A DNA stretch of 64,000 bases, taken from NCBI GenBank assembly GCA_002104905.1, contig MCFE01000157.1:1-64000 (forward strand). Direction: 5' to 3'. Position 1 is the stretch's first letter. Each line of letters opens with the position of its first letter. This DNA is from Basidiobolus meristosporus CBS 931.73 (taxonomy: Eukaryota > Fungi > Basidiobolomycota). A program made the position numbers and the translations under genes. A model generated the notes under the pieces. It did not search any database. It was not told the DNA's origin and saw only the letters and a list, made by a program, of their open reading frames with translations. Below are positions 57,759 to 64,000 of the stretch, one piece after another.

Positions 57759-60700
57759 TGTTAAATTTTCTGAGGAGTAGTGGAAGTGATATGGCAAACT
57801 AGAGGATTTACATGCTATTCATTTGCAGATTTATTGATCAAAAGTATGGTATTTAAACTTTTGATAAAGTAGAGCAATTATATTGTAGAGATTGTTAAGG
57901 AAGGTTCCAAGAAAATGTGTGCAAAGCTTGGGGGCTTTTGGACAACTTTGAGAAAGGTCATAATGTGGGTACCTGATAATTGGGTGAAAATATTCCAAGT
58001 AAATCCCAACAAGAAATTTTGTAAGGAGAGAATCTAATCAAAGAATAAGATCTGTATGACTGTGTTAGCATGAGTATTTAGGTGACAACTTAATAATTAC
58101 AACACTCTCACTCACAAATATTCATTAGTAATAAACACATACTGAGATTGTGCAATCTGTAATATGAGTATAAAAATTCAAATGTTATGCATACTGGACT
58201 AATATATTATCCAACAATGTATACATTTGTGTTCTACTTAGTCAAACAAGTAACTTGTAACTCAATGGGTGTTTCTATCTAATAGTATGCCTTAAAATCT
58301 GAATGATCTGATCAAAATACTAATCATCATCCTTGATTAGTTGTACAGGATTAAGTAATAAGCTAAGTCTAATTGTGAGATTTTAATGATGATATTTAGC
58401 CTCAGGGATATTTGATGCTTTGAATTTGAGCAAACATGATCAACTTTTGGTCCAGTTAAGGTTTGACATTCACAGCAGATCTGGAGGCTCCTTATTTGCA
58501 GGCAATAGTCTATTTCATTTAGCCAACTTCACTGCATATCCATATTAGGCTCAGTGACAGTTAGTTCCATCATATAGAGTCTATATGTGGTAAAAGAGCT
58601 GACCTATATTGGATCAGGTTAAGGTTTTGTCATTTACACCTGATCCAAATTATCCTCATTTCCTGGTGCAGAGGCACATACAACATGGCCTAAAAGGTTT
58701 TTACCAACTCTGAGCAGGGATGGCATGCTTCCACTTGAACCACATCTGTTTAGTGATTCAAATCCACAAAAATGATCCCTGCACTGTTTTCCTCCAGCTC
58801 CATATATAGCAGACACCATGACTGCTGCTTGAGATAATCTGCTTCAAAATATACTACAATATCTGACAGATCCTGTTGAAGAATGAAGGCACTTCTGGGG
58901 TTTCTGGCTTAGGAGCTTTGTAGAAGGGGCTCCATGAAGCTTATCTGCCTTGCCAGATAATCAACATATTGCCTATATAGGTTTTGGCTCCATTTGAATA
59001 GTACCCTAATTTGCAGTAGTAGTATTTTCCCATCTTTCTTCTTTTTCTTTTTCTGATGATGATCCAAGGAAAATTCCTTCTGTGGGATAGTTCTGGACTT
59101 CCATACAGATGGGACAATGTGTGTTTTAGTATAGAAGTCCGCATGATATCATTGATTCAGAATATATGACTATTTCAGAGTGATATCACCAAAATTGACA
59201 TCCACTTAGATCAGTCATAAAATTTGATAGAATGGTCCAAATATGATCAAATAAGCTGCATTTGAAAGCTGGTTTCATCAGTAATTTCATCTCCAACTTC
59301 TATGTATCAGCTTTTTTAGTTGTGGAGGTTGGCAGTGACTTGATCAATCAAAATTCTTCTGATCTGATCTAGAGAATCAAATATCACCAAATGCTTTCTC
59401 CCACAATGCAATGTGATATATCATGTTTAAAGTACCTTAGTATCTTCTGAATAGCATGCAATTGTATAATGGCACACTGTTGCTTTACTGTATGCTCCAT
59501 TTGCTTTACACTTTCTGGCTGGTGGTAGAATCTTCTTGAGTTAACTTTGCTAAATTGGCATAATACTTTCCCAAACTTTTAGAGACTTTAGCAGCGAGAT
59601 AGCACATCTAACAGCTCCATATATAGCTACTGGTACATTGGTTTCAGTATCAAAATACCTGATACAAATATAGCCTTCTTCCATTGGATTGTGTAGCATA
59701 TCTCCATACTCCAGGTGGATATATATTTATTATATATGACAAGGATCCTTACAATTCATAGTCCTTGCCTCTGAGATCTTCTTCCATCAATAGGTAGTCC
59801 AAAAAGGTGGTTAACAGCTCCAGAATTTGCATTATCAGCCATATTTTGAGCAGCAACAGATTTGATAATATCTTCTCTGTTATGAATAGACACAAGGCAG
59901 GAGGAAAAGCTAGGCACAGCAGGAAAGGACTTAGGTGTGGACCATCAAGGCAAGACAGGATTCAAGGCAAGGCTGTTTATTCAAGACCTGTGTTTATCAG
60001 ACTGAGGAATACTTTAGGGGGGATAGGACTATATATACTTTTTGGTTATACTGATGCCAAGAGATATTGGCTAATACTAATTGGGTTGTGGGGTGAGGCA
60101 CAGCAATGTGCTGGGGATAATAATATAGAAGGCAAGGCACTGAGACAGGATGGGGAAATGGATTGGGTCACCTGATCATATGACAAAGTCATGTGACCTG
60201 GTATTTCCATATATGGTACTCAACTATGAAAAATATGATGGGAAGCTTCCATGGAATGTTCCATTGTGTAACAATGGTTTGAAATGGTCAGGAACTTTCT
60301 GGAAGGTGGTAGAAGGTTCCAGAAGGAATCTCCTAGAAATTGAGCAAGGAAGCTGAAACTTTGCATGGGTGTTCATGGTTGTCATGTGATCATGACATTC
60401 TCATAGCAGTTGTTCAATAAAGATCTACATATTTTTTTAACAATTTAGGATACTAATCTATCTAAAAGCCAGCGTACCAGAAAATTGAGGTCATATGAAT
60501 ATATAGCTATATATCTCATTTTAGATCTGTGCCCTCAATTGCTGGAACTACGCAATTTTCTTCAAAATTAATAGAGTACAAACATACTATATTTCTTGAC
60601 ATATTAACGTGTTGGTATGATGAACTCTCCTTTATAACTAGCCTGAGTAGTTACTGAATGGGTCATCTGAAGGCAAGGCCTTCTTCTCCACAGCAATATC

Positions 60701-61369
60701 TTCATGAACATATACCTTTTGGTAGATGTAGTCATCTTTGACTTTAGCAGAGCAATAATGTGGAAAGTTTTTCTCTAGACTTGCAAAAAAAAATTCCAAG
60801 GCACAGTAGACACCAAGAGGACAGCAAGCTTGGGGCTCATATCCTGTTGCAATATTCTGAGGAGTATGGGAAGTGATACAGAGAGCTAGAGAATTTATAT
60901 GTTATTCACCTGCGGATTTATTGTTCAAAGGTATGATATGATACTTTTGATAAGTTAGAGCAAACAAATGTGTAGAGTTTTTCAAGGAAAATTTCCCAGA
61001 GTATGTGCCCAAAGTTTGATGTCTTTTAGACAACTTTGAGAAAGATCACAATAGGATACTCATGGCTCTATGTGGCACTAACCAATAGAACAAGTCTATT
61101 GATCCAAAGTATGGTATTTATACTTTTGATAAAGTAGAGCAAACAAACATGTAGAATATGTTAAGGAAGGTCCCAAGAATATGTGTGAAAACTTGGGGGC
61201 TTTTTGAAAACTTTGGGAAAGAATATAACTTGGGTACATAATATTTTAGTGAGAATATTCTAAGTAAATCCCTAAGAGAAATTTGGTTGGGACAGAATGC
61301 TAATCAAAGAATAAGATCTATGCAACAAAGTTAGCATAAATATTTAGGTGACAATTTATTAATTACAAC
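57759..61369 (-). mobile_element. Heavily decayed, internally deleted copia-related element (3' LTR 57759-58104, PBS 60832-60844, rearranged 5' LTR from 60845)
   Basis: LTRs are related to the 348-bp copia LTR (GGAAGGTTCCAAG...CAAAG.TTGGGG...GGACAACTTT core); purine tract GTGAGTGAGAG before the 3' LTR; ~2.2-kb internal region with no RT motifs visible. The 5' LTR is duplicated around a foldback right end (61059-61097). Confidence 0.65.
59878..60397. mobile_element. Solo LTR family D (520 bp)
   Basis: TGTTATGA...TCATGACA termini with a perfect 5-bp TSD TTCTC / TTCTC. Confidence 0.9.
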
Positions 61370-61371
61370 TA

Positions 61372-61768
61372 TATTAAGCTGAAAATATCCAAAGAAGGTT
61401 ATGGAGGGTTCTGAAAGGCACAACACATCCAATCAATGAGGGATCAGTGGTCTGATATTTGAGTAGCAAAGTGATACCATATATGGTATTAAAATGGCAG
61501 GGATGGTTACTAAGACCAAGGTCATGTGCCATGGACACTGCCACAGGTACCTGCTTGATGTAAGTACATTTGGTGATCACAAAGCTGTATAGCATTTGGT
61601 ATATCTAATGCTGATAACTAATCAGGGTAAACATGATGTGGGGATAATACTAATGATTGGGTCAAGAAATACTATAATAATACCAATAAGATAAAACGCA
61701 AGTATGCTCATCATTATAGCTATATGAATAAACTTGTCTGTGGGAGGTGTGATCACCCTACCATACTG
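61372..61768. mobile_element. Diverged 3' fragment of an LTR family B relative
   Basis: ACATCCAA.CAAT...GATACCATATATGGTAT.AAAATGGCAGGGATGGT shared with 36390-36480; ends TGTGATCACCCTACCATA. Confidence 0.55.
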
Positions 61769-62019
61769 ATGCAGGTACTTGCTTAATATAGAATCACTAA
61801 CATATAGCAATATTACGTAAGTTTGGCCATAGCTTCCTGTAAGTGGCTTGGCATCTGTCTCCAGGACAACATGTGTCATGTACAGTGGGGATTTCAGCTT
61901 CCTCTGCATCTTCTGTTGTAATCATTAAGTTGGCACCTAGTATTCATGCTAACATAGTTACATAGATCTTTTCTCTGATTAGCATTCTGTGGCAATGGAA
62001 AGTATTCCATTACAATTAT

Positions 62020-62349
62020 AGACTTGTTCTGTTGGATGGTGCCACATTGAGCCATGATTGCCAAATGATGCCATAGTGTGCCAGAGAGGCCAAGTGCACC
62101 TATACTTGGTCACAGAGTGTGAAACATAGCTCTGAATCTTCATGCAAGGCAGCCCCTGTGTTTCACCTATGATGCAGGAGAACATCCATTTTTTGATGTT
62201 TTTTTATGGTTCAATGCTGTGCAGGAGGTGTAAGAGCACAAAAGGATTGATGATATGCATCTAGTACTCTATACCCATGGCACTCTGAATCTAGCACCTG
62301 TGGCTTGTAACATGTCACAAAAATGCACGGCACTATCTTGGTTGACTGG
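62020..62349. mobile_element. Left arm of a foldback element, truncated by an LTR-type insertion at CTGG
   Basis: AGACTTGTTCTGTTGGATGGTGCCACATTGAGCC... is colinear with 47849-48180. Confidence 0.85.
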
Positions 62350-62394
62350 TGTGGTGGTGTAAAGGTACTCCTAAGAGAAGCTACACAACTCCAG

Positions 62395-64000
62395 CCCTAT
62401 GAAAAATAATTTGGTCCTGCAGGTGGATCCAATCCAGATCATCCATCAAGATCCCGTTTAGAGACCGTCATAACAACAGCAGCTTGGAATTAGTGACCCT
62501 CCTGACAATCTTATGACAAGATCATGACAGTGTTTTGCAAATTTTACAGCCAAATAAAGGGATAAAACTTGACAATTTTTGATTGGTGCTGTGACAATAT
62601 TTGCATGGCACTGTTGCGGTCTTTCAGCGCTCTATTACTATTTTAAGTGGATCCAGCTGGTCAGGACTTCCAATTGCCTTATATGGAATGAAATTTGATG
62701 GTATTTTAATGGCCTCACAGCAAGACTCTGATGGCTTTTTCTTGGCAGTATGATGGCCTTCTGCTGATTCTGTATAATGCTACTGTACCAATTTACCATG
62801 TGGTATTTCCTTTTTCCACCTCCCCTTGTGTAATTTGTATATTTCACTGTAGAATCACCTTTCTTTATTTGCTTACCTACTACTATCTTGGGTATTCCAC
62901 ATATAGTTTGAATCAAAAAAAACTATGGCCTCTTGCTTACTGACCTCTACAAATGTGCACACCTTCTGCAATTGACATACTTCTATCACCTCAACTTTAC
63001 GGCTTTTTAGTGTGATACTTGCAAAGTTGCCATATACCTTGTACTGCTGGTAGCATATACATCTTGCAAACATATGCTTAGTTGTTGCCACTTCTGCCAT
63101 GAATACCTCCAGAATATTGGCAAAGAACTTCTTGGTATTTAGCCAATATATTCCTTCTCCCTGCTGGACTCTAGTCCCCCTTATAGGTGCGCTCTGGCTT
63201 TTGTTTGTGTGAATTCCGTACTGAATGGTGTAGAAGTTGGCTTGTGACCACAAGAAATCCAGCATATCTTGGAGGAGTTTTCATGATAAAAATTAGTTGC
63301 TTGTTGCACCCAACCCAACTTTGCATTACTTAACTGATTACCCACGCATTGGGGCTGCTTAGCTTCTGAATGCTGTAGGCATAAGTGTCTCCATGTGCAC
63401 ATTTGTCCGCAGTATTTTCCAACTCTTTCTGGCTGTCCTCCATGTGCCAACTCATCACATCCATGATGGACTTAAAGGTAATATTCTGGATGAGATTGGG
63501 ATATGGTAGTGCCTGCAACTTGACTTGTCCTCCTATCTCCCCACACATGCGCTCCATAGGAAACTCCCAAAAGGTGAAGCAAGGCCCAGTATTCTCCACA
63601 CACCGTGCAAGATGGAGTAGAGAATGGATACAGTAGCAGCAGAGATCTACACATTCAGCTTTATGTTTGTAGTATAGCCGCTCAAATCCTGTCACAAACT
63701 CCTCACACAACAGCTGTAGATGTGTCATGTTGGCATTGGTGATCCGCTTCTGGATAAATAGTCCTACAATGTCCATATATGACTCCCAATGCTTCCAATG
63801 TACTCATGGTAGGAATGGCTCCAGAACACCACTTGAATGAATAAATATCCAATTCATCCAGTCTTTGCATTTGTATTGTTGTATATGCATATGAATATTG
63901 ATTGGAGCCCATGAGAAGTACCTAGGGTAGTGGATACTCTGTAAAATCTTGCCAATTTTTTCAAAATTTACCGTTATCCCACAGGAAAGCATACAAAATT
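62395..64000 (-). mobile_element. CMC/EnSpm-like transposon copy 6: terminal repeat and transposase C-terminal part (runs off the window)
   Basis: CCCTATGAAAAATAATTTGG at 62395; 63330-63776 CIHSLLHLARCVENTGPCFTFWEFPMERMCGEIGGQVKLQALPYPNL matches the H.L.HL......GP....W.FP.ER.CG pattern of CACTA-type transposases. Confidence 0.9.

Noticed and set aside
30400-64000. Neurospora-type RIP (CpA to TpA)
   Set aside because: CA/TG are plentiful, while CG is the depleted dinucleotide, and TSD pairs show CpG decay. One TG-to-TA change at 53740 is not enough evidence.

Overview
This is eukaryotic genomic DNA, most likely from an early-diverging fungus (inferred from short GT-AG introns with CTAAC/CTGAC branch sites, LAMTOR2, a myosin II and a Mucorales-type class-3 lipase). 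It has two sharply different halves. (1) About 0.6-29.4 kb is a CpG-rich, gene-dense island: Tem1/Spg1 GTPase, an unknown 338-aa helical/QNG-rich protein, a frameshifted secreted Asp/Glu/Cys-repeat protein, an HSF-type transcription factor, LAMTOR2, allantoicase, ALA synthase, RPS30, eIF1A, myosin II, a 14-repeat PPR protein, a lipase, an Ada-like regulator and a vWA protein. (2) About 30.4-64 kb, plus the first ~0.4 kb, is a CpG-depleted nest of decayed transposons. It contains at least 5-6 pieces of one CMC/EnSpm-like DNA transposon with CCCT(A/G)TGAAAAATA termini and a head-to-head transposase plus unknown accessory ORF, Ty1/copia elements with a half-tRNA-type PBS, several solo LTRs with recognisable TSDs, a DDE_Tnp_4 remnant, and a palindromic foldback/MITE family (AGAC...GTCT ends, 3-bp ANT TSD). 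Inside the nest is a ~2.8-kb AT-rich island carrying a decayed, intronless, virus-like family-B DNA polymerase and a 108-bp coding-type repeat; this is the most unusual object in the window. All translations, alignments and coordinates were read by eye; no database searches were run.
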